From Dictyostelium discoideum (taxonomy: Eukaryota): 64,000 nucleotides of DNA. This document shows, piece after piece, positions 43,469 to 60,776 of the stretch. The stretch's first letter is position 1. Each line of letters opens with the position of its first letter. The stretch lies in contig CM000151.3 in the NCBI GenBank assembly GCA_000004695.1, positions 4,192,001 to 4,256,000 on the forward strand. Reading direction: 5' to 3'. Made by a program: the position numbers and the translations under genes. The notes beneath the pieces were generated by a model. That model worked only from the letters and a program-made list of their open reading frames with translations. It was not told the origin of the DNA and did no database searches.

Positions 43469-43857
43469 TTATTTTCTTGATAATTTTTTAGAGATTTTAC
43501 TTAATTTTGCTTTTGCAAGCATTCCCAAGAAACGAGCTCTTTCACGATAATGCACGATTGACATAATAATAATAGCAATGATAGCACAAGCAATCACTAT
43601 ACCAACTATTGCACCAACAGATAATGAATTAACTTTATTATCATTTGGAAAACAATCATTAACATCAATTAACACTGAAAATGATGTACTTGATACTCTT
43701 GCATCGACACATGGTGGTGATGATGATAACTCCTTTTCATTACCTTTTGAATCATATGTTGCAAATTTAATATTACCAAAACTATTACTACTTTTACTAT
43801 CAAAATTAACTAATTTCAATATTGTTTTTTCATTTGTTGATGATGATGATGATTCTG

Positions 43858-43906
<49 letters not shown>

Positions 43907-45927
43907 TAATAAATTTTCATTTATTTTAATTATTACAATACCATTAATATCAGCTAATTTTGAAATATTTATTGTTGAAAAGGAATAAAGTGAATCAATA
44001 ACAATTATAATTTTTGATGATGAGTCATTTGATTGTATGAAATTACCAATTATATTGAAATTGTTAACAGAGAAACTTGACCCGAATTCACCACTATTTT
44101 GAATGATTGTACTATTAATATTACCATTACCTTTAATTGATCCACCATTTAATTGAATTGAATTATCACTTGATAATGTACCACCATTTAAATTTAATTC
44201 ACTACCATTTTCATTCCTAAATTCGTAAATATAAATAGTATGATTATTAATATTTAATTGAGTTAAACTATCATTACCACCACCACTACCACTACCACTA
44301 CCACTACCATTGCCATTACCATCACCATTATTAATAAATGAAATATTAATCTCAACATTATCATTATCAATATTGAATATACCATCATTTTTTAGTGTAA
44401 TATTATTACTTTTAATATTTGTATCATTTGTGTAATAAATACCACCAGATGATAAATTATATATACCATTTTGATTAATTTCAAAAGTTGAATTATTATT
44501 TAAATATAGATTACCTGATGTTTTAACAATACCATTGTCTAAAATAAATTTTGAATTTTCAAGATTAATGTAAGAATTTGGGTGAATTATTAAATTACCT
44601 TTATTAATTATGAATATAGAATCATTTAAATTAATGTATGATGAATTTTGTAGAATTGAATTACCACCTTCAATATAAACAGTCGTAAAATTAGTTTCAA
44701 ATTCTCCATTAATTATTAAATCATCATAAGAGTATATAATGGAATTTTGAATTCTCAATGACGATTTATTATTAACAGTTAATGAACCATGTGATTTAAA
44801 TACTGAATCAATAATTACTACAACTATATCACTATTAAATATTGTAGATTTATGTGAATTAAAATCACAAGAATTAAATTTAATTTCACCATTAAATTCT
44901 GCACTACCCCATGAATTGAAAATACTCTTTTCTATTGTAAATTCTGAATTTACTGATGAATAAAAGTCATTTCCTATATTAATAATAGATTCCATACCGG
45001 TTATACCAAATTTAGAATTACCATTAATTTTTAAATCACCATAAATTGACAATTCTGATTTATCATTTACAAAAAGTTTAGAAATACCATTTAATAATAA
45101 ATCACCATTAATTGTCATTTCATTATTATCAAATAATAAAAATAGAGAATCATCATTTAAATGTAAACTTCCAGAAATAAATAAATCTAAATTATTCATA
45201 GTATTAAAAATAGATTGATTCATTAACATTGCATCACCATTTATTTCAATATTTGAATTATTTAAATAAATTTGACTTTTATCTTTCATTATTAGCCCCC
45301 CATTTAAATTAATTTTTGAATTATTTTCAACATTAATAGAACCATTATTATTAATTTCCAATTTATTACAATTTAAAAATAAATTTGATTTTTGGTCTTT
45401 TTTTAAAAAAAAAATTAATTAGTTAATTATATTTATATATTTATTTTTTATATATCAATAAAATTTAACATACAAATATTTAAAAAACCTCCAATAATAA
45501 AATTTTTGGTTGAAATTGTTGTGTTTTTAAAAGTTGGGTTAAATATACTATTACTATTAATTTCAAAGTAATATTTTACATATATTGAATTATTAACATT
45601 TAATATTGCACCATTTTCCATAATGAAACTTCCTCTATTTATATCCATTGAATCATATACACTATATTGACCATACAAATAAAATGACCCATTATTAATT
45701 GTAAAATATTCTGAAGAACATATTTCATCATAATCTATTAATAAATTACCACCATTTGATAATAATAATGAGTCATCTTTAGTTGGAACTTTTTCAGGAT
45801 ACCAATTAGTTTTATTTAAAAATGATTGTTTATTATTTCTATCACCAACATATACAAGTCTATCACAATTTGATAATTTAATTATTAATATAATTAAAAA
45901 AATAATAAATAAAAATATTTTTTTCAT
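43469..45927 (-). CDS. Large type-I cell-surface protein (~793 aa): signal peptide, Asn/Ile/Ser-rich beta-helix-like repeat ectodomain, Gly-Ser linker, single C-terminal TM and short basic tail; 2 exons
   Basis: Exon 1 45927..45474 reads MKKIFLFIIFLIILIIKLSNC... with a GTATGT donor (phase 1). Intron 45473..45397. Exon 2 45396..43469 has repetitive N.S..I.N / LNG / INGD strings, a (GNGS) linker, and ...VGAIVGIVIACAIIAIIIMSIVHYRERARF...KKLSRK*. Confidence 0.55.
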
Positions 45928-46004
45928 TTTTATTATAATTTTTTATTATTATCTAAAATCAAATAAATATTAATTATTTATTATTAATTATTATTATTAT
46001 TATA

Positions 46005-46039
<35 letters not shown>

Positions 46040-46536
46040 ATAATTCGAAAACCATTTAATCTGGATTATAAAAATTGGGTTTTCTTTAAAACTTTTTTTT
46101 TTTTTTATTTTTTATTTTTTATTTTTTTTGTCATATATAATCCAGAACAAGATTTGAATCATTACAAAAAAAAAAAGAAAAATTGCAATAAAAGAATTTC
46201 AAATTAAATTTAGGGAAAAAAAAGTTTTTTTTTGGAACATAACCAATCCAATTTCCTTCCTCCAATTTCTATTTCCAAAAAAAAAAAATTTGGCCTAATT
46301 TTTTTCAAAATAATATAATTCAACAACCCAGCTTTTTTTAAAAAAAAAATAACCAAGTATCTTTTAAAATTTAGAAAATATTAAAAAAATAAACAATTTT
46401 TGATTAAACAATTTGTTTTTTTAATCAAACTTAGAAAAAATGGAAATAATAAAAATAGATTTTTTTTTTTTTTTTTAGATTTTTTTTTTTTTTTTTTGTA
46501 AAAAAAAAAAAAAATTTTAAATAGTTATATGTTTAT

Positions 46537-47106
46537 TTAAATGTGTTGCAAACCCAAAAGTAGGCTAGCGGCATTTGTATCAGGTTGATTATGATTTTTA
46601 TGGTTTGGTTCATTTTTTGTACAGGTGTTATTTTTTTCTTTAGATTCTTCAACTTGGTGGTGGTGGTTGTGATGGTCATCATCTTCATCATTATTTGAAC
46701 TAACTAAAAATGATAAATTACCCTTTGAAGTGGTTGATGATGTTGATAAAGGTGATGATTGCATTGAGGAATATATTGATGGAAGTACGGATTTATTTGT
46801 TGAAGAAGTTGTTGGTGTTTTTAAATTATTTATATTATTACTACTATTTATTGGTGAGGAATTTGGTGTTGAAAGTTCAGAATCTACAGTTTTTTGTTGG
46901 TGTTGTTGTTGTTTTTTAAAGGTCTCGTTATTATTATTTTTATTATCATCATTTTGTTGTTGTTGTTGCTCTTCTTGTTCTTCATTTCTTTCGAATTGAC
47001 GTTTAGAGAAAGAAAAATTCTTTAAACGATTATTGTGTTCATTTTCTAAATCTTCTTCATCAGATTCAGATTTTCCATTTGAAAAGTAATTAAAGTTTGG
47101 AAGACG

Positions 47107-47180
<74 letters not shown>

Positions 47181-47721
47181 TATTTAATCTTTGTTGTGAT
47201 GATTGTTGTTGTTGTTGTTGTTGTTGTTGAAAACCTTCTTGTTTTAATTTTACTTGATCAATTTGTTTTTTGATAAAATTACTCAATTCTTCAATATCGT
47301 ATTTGAGAATATCTTGAGCAATACCAGGATTACCAGCAATTAATTGATTAAGTTGTTGTTGGAAACTTTGGAAAAAACTTGGATGTAAATTTGATGGGAA
47401 AAAATTGGTCATATTGGTTGCACTAATAATTTTATTAATGGTTGAATAATGATCATTATTATTATTATTACTATTATTACTATTATTACTCTTTTCCTTT
47501 GCAAGGAATGATTGTAAATGATTTCTTAACTCAGTTGTTGGTACTTGTGAATTATTATGATTATTAAATAATTTTGGTAAACCATTACCTCCATTGTATT
47601 GTTGTTGTTGTTGATATTGTTGTGAATATTGTTGTTGTTGTGGTATTTGTTGTTGTTGTTGTTGTTGTTGTTCGGAATAATATTTCATTGATGGAATACC
47701 ACCACTTGTACGATGGTGAAG

Positions 47722-47775
<54 letters not shown>

Positions 47776-47812
47776 TTGTTGTTGATATTGTTGTTGTTGA
47801 ATTTGTTGTTGA

Positions 47813-47846
<34 letters not shown>

Positions 47847-48877
47847 GGAATAATAATGAAGTTGGTACTCTATTATTCATTTGTTGTTGCTGTTGTTGTT
47901 GTTGGTATTGTTGTTGTACTTGAACTTGATATTGTTGATATTGTTGATTATAATTATTTGCATTATTATTATTATTATTATTATTACCATTATTACCATT
48001 ATTATAATTTAAAAGTTTATTATTTACAATAATTGGCGGTGAAGTTTTATTTGATAATGGAATTTGTTGTTGCATAATTAAGTATTGATATTCAGGATGT
48101 TTTAATTTGATATGCATTTTAAGGGCATTCTCAGAACCATAGATTTTTTGACAATTTGCCATTGAACATTTGAAAGATCTATCGATTTCAACTGCCTTTC
48201 TTCTCTTTCTTTTTTTACGTGGGTCATCTTCATCATCCTCTTCTTCAATACCTAAATCACCACTTGATAATCTTTTTTGTGAACCAGATAAATCTTCACT
48301 AACATCATCATTTTCAGAGAGTAAAGCAGATTTCAATGGTTCTGGTGATGATGAAGTTGATGATGATTTAATTGGTAATTTATCACCAACCATCGTTGAA
48401 CCACCACCACCAATACTTGTATTCAAGTTACCATTTGATGATGATAAATCGACTTGTTGTTCGTTTAATGGCGATGATGGAGTTTCAGTGATTTCGGCAT
48501 TTGATTGGCTATCAAATGATTTTCCTAACAATTGTTTTGATGAAGTGGTACCATTACTATTACTAACAAATAAACAAAAAGTTTCACCAGCTGGTAAGGT
48601 AGGAGCAATTGCGACGACATCTCCATCGAGGTCTTTCAAGAACAGTCTGGAATTACTTGGTAATTGGAATACAGTTTTGATTGCCTCCTCAATGGTTTGT
48701 GATGGTGTTGAACCATACCAACTTACAAACTCTTCTTTACCATTATAAACGATTGATACTCTTGTTTTTGAAAAACTTGATCTTTTTGGTTGTTCTGGTG
48801 AAAGTGGTGATTGTTTGTGTTGAAAATTGTTTTTGAAATATTGAATTTTCGGTTGAACTTAAAATGGTTTGATTCAT
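46537..48877 (-). CDS. Poly-Q/Asn-rich nuclear protein with a single C2H2 zinc finger and an N-terminal beta-grasp-like domain; 5' end carries a probable +1 frame error in a T5/A5 run
   Basis: Main ORF 48858..46537 reads ...FKCSMANCQKIYGSENALKMHIKLKH (C2H2), has a KKRKRRK NLS and long (CAA)n/(TTG)n tracts. It has no in-frame ATG for its first ~115 codons. An ATG at 48877 in an A-rich start context opens a 44-codon ORF in another frame. Deleting one A in the A5 run (plus coordinates 48830-48834) fuses them as MNQTILSSTENSIFQK-NFQHKQSPLSPEQPKRSSFSKTRVSIVYNGKEEFVSWYG... Confidence 0.55.
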
Positions 48878-48900
48878 TGTTTATTTTTTTTTTTTTTTAG

Positions 48901-48941
<41 letters not shown>

Positions 48942-49216
48942 TTATTAATTATTAATTATTATTATTACTATTTAACAAAAGGTGATAAAGAAATATATAT
49001 TTAATATATTATTCTAATAAGTTGATGGTGATCGCTTTGGTTAACTGGAAGATATTTTAAAAATGTATGATTATTTTCTTCAAAAAAGACCTTTCCCATT
49101 AATTCGTCTAAAATATTTATAATTATTAAATGTTAGTATTTTTTTTTTATAAAACTATTTTAAAAAAAATAAAAAAAAAATAATAATAAAATATATACGC
49201 ATATAATTTTTATTAT

Positions 49217-49263
<47 letters not shown>

Positions 49264-50811
49264 TAAAACAAAACAAAGTATGATAAAATAAATTTAAGTG
49301 TTCAAAATTTAAATAAATTTAAAAATTCTCTTTTTTTTTTTTTTTTTTTTTTTCCTCCTCCTTTATTTTTATTTTTATTACATCATTCGTTATTAAAAAT
49401 TTTATTATTTATTTGTTTGTTGGTTTGTTTTTTTTATTTAATTTTTTTTTTTTTTTTTTATTATTTGTTTAAATTTGTTAATTTATTTTTTTATTTTTTA
49501 TTTATTTTTTATTTTTATAATTTTTATATTTTTAAACATATTAAAATAAAATAAAATAATAAAATGAAAAATTGGAAAATACCAATTATAGTTAAAAAAT
49601 ATATTTATATAAATTACTTTTTTTTTTTTATACCAGTATTTTTAAAACTTTTTAAAACTTTTTATTTTTTATTTTTTTGGTATAAAAAAAAAAAAAAAAT
49701 AATAAAAAAAATATATTTTTATAGTATTACAATGATTAAAAAAATAAATTATTTATAAAAACGATTTCATAAAATTAAATGCACATATAAATTTTATTTT
49801 TTTATTTTATTTTTTTATTTTTTTATTTTTTTTTAGTAGTAGGAATAAGAAAAATAAAAAAAAAAAAAAATTTTAAAAAAAAAATCAAAAAACTATAAAA
49901 TTTTTATAAAAAAAAAAAATAAAATTAAATAAAAAATAAAGAAAAGTTTTTTTTTTTTTTTACGAGCGAGATAGATATGATTATGAGTAATATATTAGCT
50001 CTGAAATTAAATTAAAAAAAACAAAAAACAAAAAAAAACAAGCCAAACACATGTGCGATGGGGGTATTTTTTAAAAATTTCAAAATTTTGATTGTTAGTA
50101 AAACCGTTGTGTTGTGTCTTTTCACAAATTGGAAAATATATTTTTATTTTTTTTTTAATTTTTTTTTTTTTTTTTTTTTTGATATTTTATTTTTTTTTTT
50201 TTGTTTTTTTTTTGTTTTGTTTTTTTTTATTTTTTTATTTATTTTTTTTTTTAAAAAAATAAAAACGGTTTAAAATAGGGATCCCTTTTAGGTGTTTTTG
50301 GTGGAATGAAAATAAATAAAAAAAAAAAAAAAAAAAAAAAAAAATAAAAAAAATGAAGATGAGATGTTGGGACATAAATAAATAAAAAAAAAAATAAAAA
50401 AAATAAAAATAATAGATTGATAACGAAAAAAAAAAAAAAAATGGGTTTTAAAAAAAATTTTAAAAGGACCTCCAAAAAAAAAATATACATCTTGATTAAT
50501 TAAAAATAAAATTTATTTATTTTATAAATGGAAAATGGAGTTGAATCGAATTTATTTACTATAATTTGAAATAGTAACCGTTGTTTATAAAAAAAAAATA
50601 AAAATAAAATAAAATAAAAAAATAAAAAATAAAATATTTTAAAAAAAAATAAAATAAAATGATTAAAAACCAAAAACCAAAAACCAAACCAAAAAAAAAA
50701 CAAGTACGTGTTGTTATAGAAAGAGATATTTTTTTTTTTAAAAATTCTCTGAAATTTTTTAAATTTTGGAAAGTTTTGAGTCTATAATTAAATATTACAT
50801 ACACCTTTTTC

Positions 50812-50842
<31 letters not shown>

Positions 50843-51437
50843 CTGGAACAATCTTTTTTTCTTCTTTTTTATTGAATTTTAAAGTTTTTTAAAAAAATAA
50901 ATAAAAAAAGTTTTTTTAATTAAAAAAAAATAAAAAAATAAAAAAATAATATCTTATTTTATTTTTTTAAAAAAAATAAAAAATAAAAATTAAAAATAAG
51001 AAAAGATAAAATAAAAAATGTTGAAAAAAAAAATAAAATAAAACAAAAACAAAAATAAAAGAAATATATCAATTTTTTAATTTTTAAAAAAAATATTGTT
51101 TTTTTTTATTTTGTTATTTATTTTTTAATAAATATGTAAACAAATTAAATGAATTTTTATTTTCCATACACACTAAAAAAAAAAAGAATTAAAACACAAT
51201 TTAACCAACACTTTACCCACATACATATGAATGATTTGATTTTATTTTATTATATTAATATATTAGTTTTTAATATCATAATATATTTTTTTCTATATTT
51301 TTTTTTTTTTATTATCATTTATTATTTTTAAAAATAGGAACACACACTACCTTTTTATTTTTCCCAATCCTGATGGTGAGTGAGAGGAAAAAAAAAAAAA
51401 TAAAAAAAAAAAAAATAAATAAAAAATATGAAAAAAA

Positions 51438-51469
<32 letters not shown>

Positions 51470-51639
51470 CCTATATTTAGAAAAATTGAAAGTAACCAAT
51501 CAATTTTCATTTTAAAAATTGAGTTTTATTTATTTATTCAATTTATTATTAAAATTTATGAGATAATGTGAGATTTTTGTGAGTAGTTATTGTTATTAAG
51601 TGTGTGTGGGTGAACACATAGATCTTTTAATTTAAACAA

Positions 51640-51672
<33 letters not shown>

Positions 51673-52094
51673 TTTTTTTTTGATTGGGTTTTTTTTTTTT
51701 TTTTTTGATTTCTAAATTTGTAAAAAATAATTTATATGAATTATACAAGTAAAAAAATAAAAAAAATGAAAAAAAAAATAACACTCTGCTCATATGAGCT
51801 TTTTTTTTTATCACAAAAATATCATTGATTTTTTAATTTTTTATTTTTTTAATTTATTTTAATTTATTTTAATTTTTATTTTATTTTATTTTATTTTTTT
51901 AATTTTATACAACGAAGAGAGAAAGAAAAAGAGAAAAAAGGAGAGAAAAAAAAAAAAAAGATTTGGTAAATAAAAAAAAAAATAAATAAAAAAAAAAAAA
52001 AAAAATAAATAATAGTAAAAAAAAAAAACCGTAGCTGTGAACAATCAACCAAAAAAAAAAATATATTACAATAAAAAAAATATATATAAACAAA

Positions 52095-52125
<31 letters not shown>

Positions 52126-53075
52126 AAAACTCACATATATGTGATAAAGTTTTTAAGATATTTTTTTTAAAAAAAAAGTTTAAACCAACCTTTTTATTTT
52201 TATATTTTATTAAAAATTTTTTAAAACAAAAAATGTTGATTTTTATTTTTTTTTTTCTAAAAATTTTAAAAAAAAAAATAAAAGGTAAAAAAAAAAAAAA
52301 AAAATAAATTAAAAAATTATTAAAATTTTAATTTTTTAGTCAATCAGAATTTTAATCACAATCAGCTCGAAAAAAAAAAATAAAAAAATAAAAAAATTTC
52401 AATTTTTGGAAGAATAGGTGGGAAATCAGTAGTGTGACGTATTTAAAAAAATTCGACCGCTACCAATGGCCCAATTTTTTAATGATATTCTATTGTGTGC
52501 GTTTCAAATTTTTTAAGCAAACGGTTTTTTGAACACAACCAAAAATATTTAGCTCAGAAATTATCTGATAATTTTTAAAAAATTACAATTTTATCAATTT
52601 AAATTAAAATAATTCCCACCTCATATAAAATTTTATTTTAATAAAAAAAAAAAATAAAAAAAAAAACAAAAAAAAAAAAAAAAAACCGGAAAATAAAAGA
52701 AATAAATAAATAAATAAAAAAAAAAAAAAAAATATTCAGTCTTATTATTTATTTATTTTTTTTTTTTTATTTTTTTTTATTTTTTTATTTTTTTTTTTTT
52801 TTATTTTTGTGTATATATGACGTCAAATTTTTTTTAGATATTTTTTTTATTCTGATTTGATTTTCGATAAACTTTTTTTTTTTTTTTTTTTTTTCCAAGG
52901 GGATATTTCTTTCATTTTTTATTTTTTAAAAAAAATCTAAAAGATATAATAATTTTTTTTTTCTTTTTTCTTTCTTTTTTTTTCCAAGATATTTGGTTAT
53001 TAAATTTTATTTATTTTTTTTTACTTATTTTATTTTATTTATTTTATTTTTTTATTTTTTAAAATTTAATTTTAA

Positions 53076-53899
53076 TTAATTATTTTTTTCACCAAAATAA
53101 AATATTGATATTCCTTTTGATTGATCAAGTTCTAATAAATTTGCATTGAATTTTTGAGCAATCCAATCAATAGTTTTTGGTCTAAAAAAACAAATATGAG
53201 TGAAATCTCTTGGATAGTGCCAATTTTCAAACATTTCATCATTTAATAATAATTGAGTCATAATTAATAAATATCCACCATCTTTTGAAATTAAACCACC
53301 ATTAATAATTTTATTTAAATCTTTAATTGGATATTTAAAATGTTCAATTGCTTCAGTACATGTTATAAATTTAAATGATTTAATTTCTTCTTCTTTTTGT
53401 TGTTGTTCTTCTTCTTTTTCTTTTTCTTCTTGTTGTTTTTGATTTGTTTTTATTTTTAAATTATTTTCAACTTTTTCAACCATTTCATGTTTCATAAAAT
53501 ATGGATCATAATTTTCAACATTAAGATTTGCAATTTCTTTAAACATTAATGATAATGTTGGACCTGGACCACAACCATAATCTAATCCAATAAATTCTTT
53601 TTTTTTTTCTTCTTTTTTATCATTATTATTATTATTATTATCATCATTTCCAAATTGATTCAACTCTTTTTCTAATAATAGATTTAATTTTTCAACACAT
53701 GGTTTTAAAAACGATTTATATTTTTCATCAGTTGGTGAATTCTTATGTAATTCATAACGATCTTTTTCTTTATTATTTTCAACATGAAAATGTGGATGCA
53801 TATAAACTAATCCACATTCACCACACCCATAATATAATTTATTTAATCTTTTTGAAAATATTTTAATTATTTTTTCATTTTCATTATTTTCATTAATGT

Positions 53900-53933
<34 letters not shown>

Positions 53934-54194
53934 GGTGGCGGTATTATCTTCATTAATTGGGGTTGTGATCGCTGCTGTTGTTGTTGTAGTGTTGGTGGTA
54001 TTATCTGTAGTATTTTTATCTTTTTGTTCATTTATAGTATTATTGGTTTTATCATATAAACTATTTTCACATAATGGGCATGGAACCATTTCTAAATTTA
54101 AATCATCAACATTTAATGTTTTGTTTTTTTTCTTTGTATTAAAACCACTACCATCTTTGTTTTTTTTGAAATAAAATTTTCTTTTTTCTGACAT
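53076..54194 (-). CDS. SAM-dependent methyltransferase with N-terminal CxxC...CxxC zinc-ribbon; single exon
   Basis: Zinc-binding pairs PCPLCENSLY...YGCGECGLVYMHPHF. Motif I is IGLDYGCGPGPTLSL, and a post-I acidic residue and FITCTEAIEHF (motif II/III) follow. An Asn/Thr/Glu-rich insert is present. Confidence 0.65.
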
Positions 54195-54507
54195 ATTTTA
54201 TTTATTTTTTTCTTTTCTATAAATAGTAGTGTTACTATTGTAAAAATAAAAATAAAAATTAAAAAATTTCACACGAACGAAAAACAAAAATTATTTTGTT
54301 TTTTTTTATATTTTTTTTTTTTTTTAATTTTGAAAAAAAAAAAAAAAAAAAAAAAATTAAAAAAAAAAAAAGATTTTAAAAATATTTTTTTTTTCATTGT
54401 CCCATATCTATCTTATTTTTCATATAGTATAAATTAATTTTACACACTTTTTTTTTATTATCTTCCAAATAAATAATAAATAATAAATAAATAAATAATA
54501 AACAATA

Positions 54508-57696
<3,189 letters not shown>

Positions 57697-57770
57697 AAAA
57701 AAATAAAAATAAAAAAAAATAAAAAAATAATTACAAAAATTATAAAATAAAATAAAATAAAATATTTATT

Positions 57771-58396
57771 TTATTTTTTTAATTTTTTAATTAAATAATT
57801 TAATTCATTATAAAAATTATTTTTACCAATTAAATTAATTTGTTTTTCAAATAATTGAATTGCAATATTATAAACTTCTAAATCTATTGAATTTAAAGAT
57901 TTAATTCTTTCATATAATGAATTTTCAAGGTTATACAAATTTGATGATGATGATGATGATACATTATTAATATTTGAAATATTTCTATTTTTACCAATAT
58001 TTTTTGAAATAAAACTTAATTTATTAAAACCAGTTTTATATGATAAAATTAATAATGATTCATCAAATCTTTCAGTTAAACCAATAAATTTAAAAGTATA
58101 TTTTAATCTAAATATACATTGTTCTTTAAAATCAAATGGTAATTGTTTAGTTGATCTTGAAATTCCAACAATTCTTCTACATTGTTCATTTCTTGCCAAT
58201 TGTGAAAATTCAATCCAATCTTGTAATGAAATCGAAGCAACCTCACCATACAATGGATGGTCAGGACTATTCTTTAAGAAATAATAATGTGAAACAACTC
58301 TATCAATTGGATTTCTCATCATTGTCATATAACTATATGGATTTTGGTGATAAAGATAATCATCATTATTGAAATTATTTATATCAAAATTAATAC

Positions 58397-58427
<31 letters not shown>

Positions 58428-59255
58428 TATTGTATAATTTTTATTATTTTGAAAATAGTAATGTAAACCAAACACAAAATGACCAAACATTGCATCAATA
58501 TTTTTTGAAGCACATTCTTCAGCTTGTTTAATTGTTGGTGATGCATGTTTTTTAAATAATTGAGATTTCTTTGGTAAATTAATTTCAAAAGTATTTTCAA
58601 GTGATGTTCCTCCAGTTTTAGGTATATGAATGAAAATAAATGGTTTTGATAATAATAATGGATTTAAAGTTTTATTATTTTTCCATTCAAAATCATAATC
58701 ATAATTATTATTTTTATTATTAATAATTTTTTGAATTGATGGTGATGATGCAAATTCTATTTTACGATTTGTTTTATTTAAAATTAATTCTTTTTCAAAT
58801 TGGTATTCTTTATATATTATTTTATAAAATTCATTATCATTAATATTTCCACCTTCATCTTTATTATTATTATTTTTAATCCATGAATCAAAATCATCTT
58901 CACTTGTATATGTATCCCTTCTTTTATAGGATCGGTTTTTATTTTTATTATTATTATTATTTAATAAACTATTATTAATTCTTCCATTTAATTTATTATT
59001 ATTATTTTTTTCAATATCTTTTACGACAAATTTATTTAAAGATTGAGATTTATTGTTGTCATTATTATTATTATTATTAAAAATATTATTATTTTTATTA
59101 TTTATTATAGATTGATTATGATTTTTATTTTTATTTACATTTTTGTTTTTATTAAAATTTTTATTTTTATTTTTTTTATTTTCTATTGTATATTGAAAAA
59201 ACAGTACAATTATTACAAATATTAAACAAACATATAACTTTTTTTTTAGCCTCAT
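57771..59255 (-). CDS. Type-II membrane (Golgi-type) carbohydrate sulfotransferase; single exon
   Basis: Signal-anchor MRLKKKLYVCLIFVIIVLFF. The 5'-PSB motif is FIFIHIPKTGGTSL and the 3'-PB motif is MMRNPIDRVVSHYYF, the two PAPS-binding motifs of sulfotransferases. It ends 75 bp from the convergent snapc3 stop. Confidence 0.7.
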
Positions 59256-59457
59256 TAAATTATAATTTTTAATGCTTTATATAAAAAATAAAAAATAAAA
59301 AAATAAAAAAAAATGCACACAAAAGTAACGCAAAAATTAAACATCCACAAAACTCTTTTTTAAAAAATTTTTTTTTTATTTTTGTACATGTCAGAATAAT
59401 CGTTTGAAAAAAGATATTTTTTTTTTTTTTGCTTTGCACCAATCAAAAATAGATTTT

Positions 59458-59502
<45 letters not shown>

Positions 59503-59820
59503 TATATTTTTTTTAATTTCGATTCTTGATCAAAAAAAAAAAAAAAAAAAAAAAACAAAAGCTAAAAATAAAAATAATATAAATTAATATTAATAATTAA
59601 TTTGGAATGCAATGGGGAAAAAACAACCAAACATTTAATATTAAATAAAATTGTATAGTTTTTATTTTTACTTTTATTTTATTTTTTTATTTATTTTGGT
59701 ATAAAATTTTATCACCTGGTATTCTGTTGATATATGGTTGTAACAAGTAAATAATTCCTTAAAAGATCATAAATTTAAAGAGTGTGAATTCCACTTTTTT
59801 TTAAAGATTATCTAAAATCC

Positions 59821-59855
<35 letters not shown>

Positions 59856-60413
59856 AAAAAAAAAAAAAAAAAAAAATTACTTGTGATTTGGAAATTAATA
59901 TAAATAAAACAATACCATAATTTTATGAATGAATATAAAACAAACTGTTAATATAATATCATAATATATAATTAAAATAAAAACAATATTATTTATTTTT
60001 TTATTTTTATTTTTGTTTTGTTTTATTAATTTATTTTATTTTATTTTATTTTTTTTTTTCAAATTAATATATATTTAAGGAGTGCGTGTGTATCATCAAT
60101 TATCTAATCTGTTAAATTTATACATGCTTTATTGTAAATAAAATCAATTATTATTTTTTTTTATTTTTTTTATTTTTTTAAAAAATTAAACAACAAATAC
60201 CAGTGGTGAAAAAGATAAAAGATTAAAAAAAAAAAAAAAAAAAAATATTGCTTGGAGTGTGGTTTTAATTTTTTTTTTTTTTTTTTTTAATTGATTATGA
60301 CCATCTACAAACACCCTTATTTATTTTAATTTTTTACCTTTCCAGTAAATAGCAAATCAAATAAAAACACTCATAGAGTTTACTTTTTTTTTATTATAAC
60401 AATATAATGGATA

Positions 60414-60460
<47 letters not shown>

Positions 60461-60776
60461 ATAAAAATAATAAAAATGTTAATTGAGTGTTTAGAAAAAA
60501 AAAAAAAAAAAAAAAAAACCACTTTATGTAATTAAATTTTTAGAATTTATTATTATAATTTTTAAAATTATTGTTATTTGTTATTAAGTTAAACAATATA
60601 TATATATTATTTATTTATTTATTTATTTTTTATTTTTTTTAAAAAAAAAAAAAAAGTTTAATAATAAAATAATTTTATCAACTTTTTTATTTATTTATTT
60701 TTAAATAATAAAAAAATAAAATTCTCCCACTTTTTTAAAAAATATAATATATATATATATATATATAAAAATAATA

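Noticed and set aside
43578-43988. Plus-strand ORF antisense to the surface-protein gene. The same applies to 46710..46999, 47574..48032, 48170..48748, 53896..54174, 55684..56184(-), 56290..56595(-), 58151..58372, 59043..59225, 60829..61011(-), 11885..12133 and 12721..12960.
   Set aside because: Each lies inside a well-supported gene on the other strand. Their composition is repeat-driven (poly-V, poly-L, poly-I) and they lack start context.
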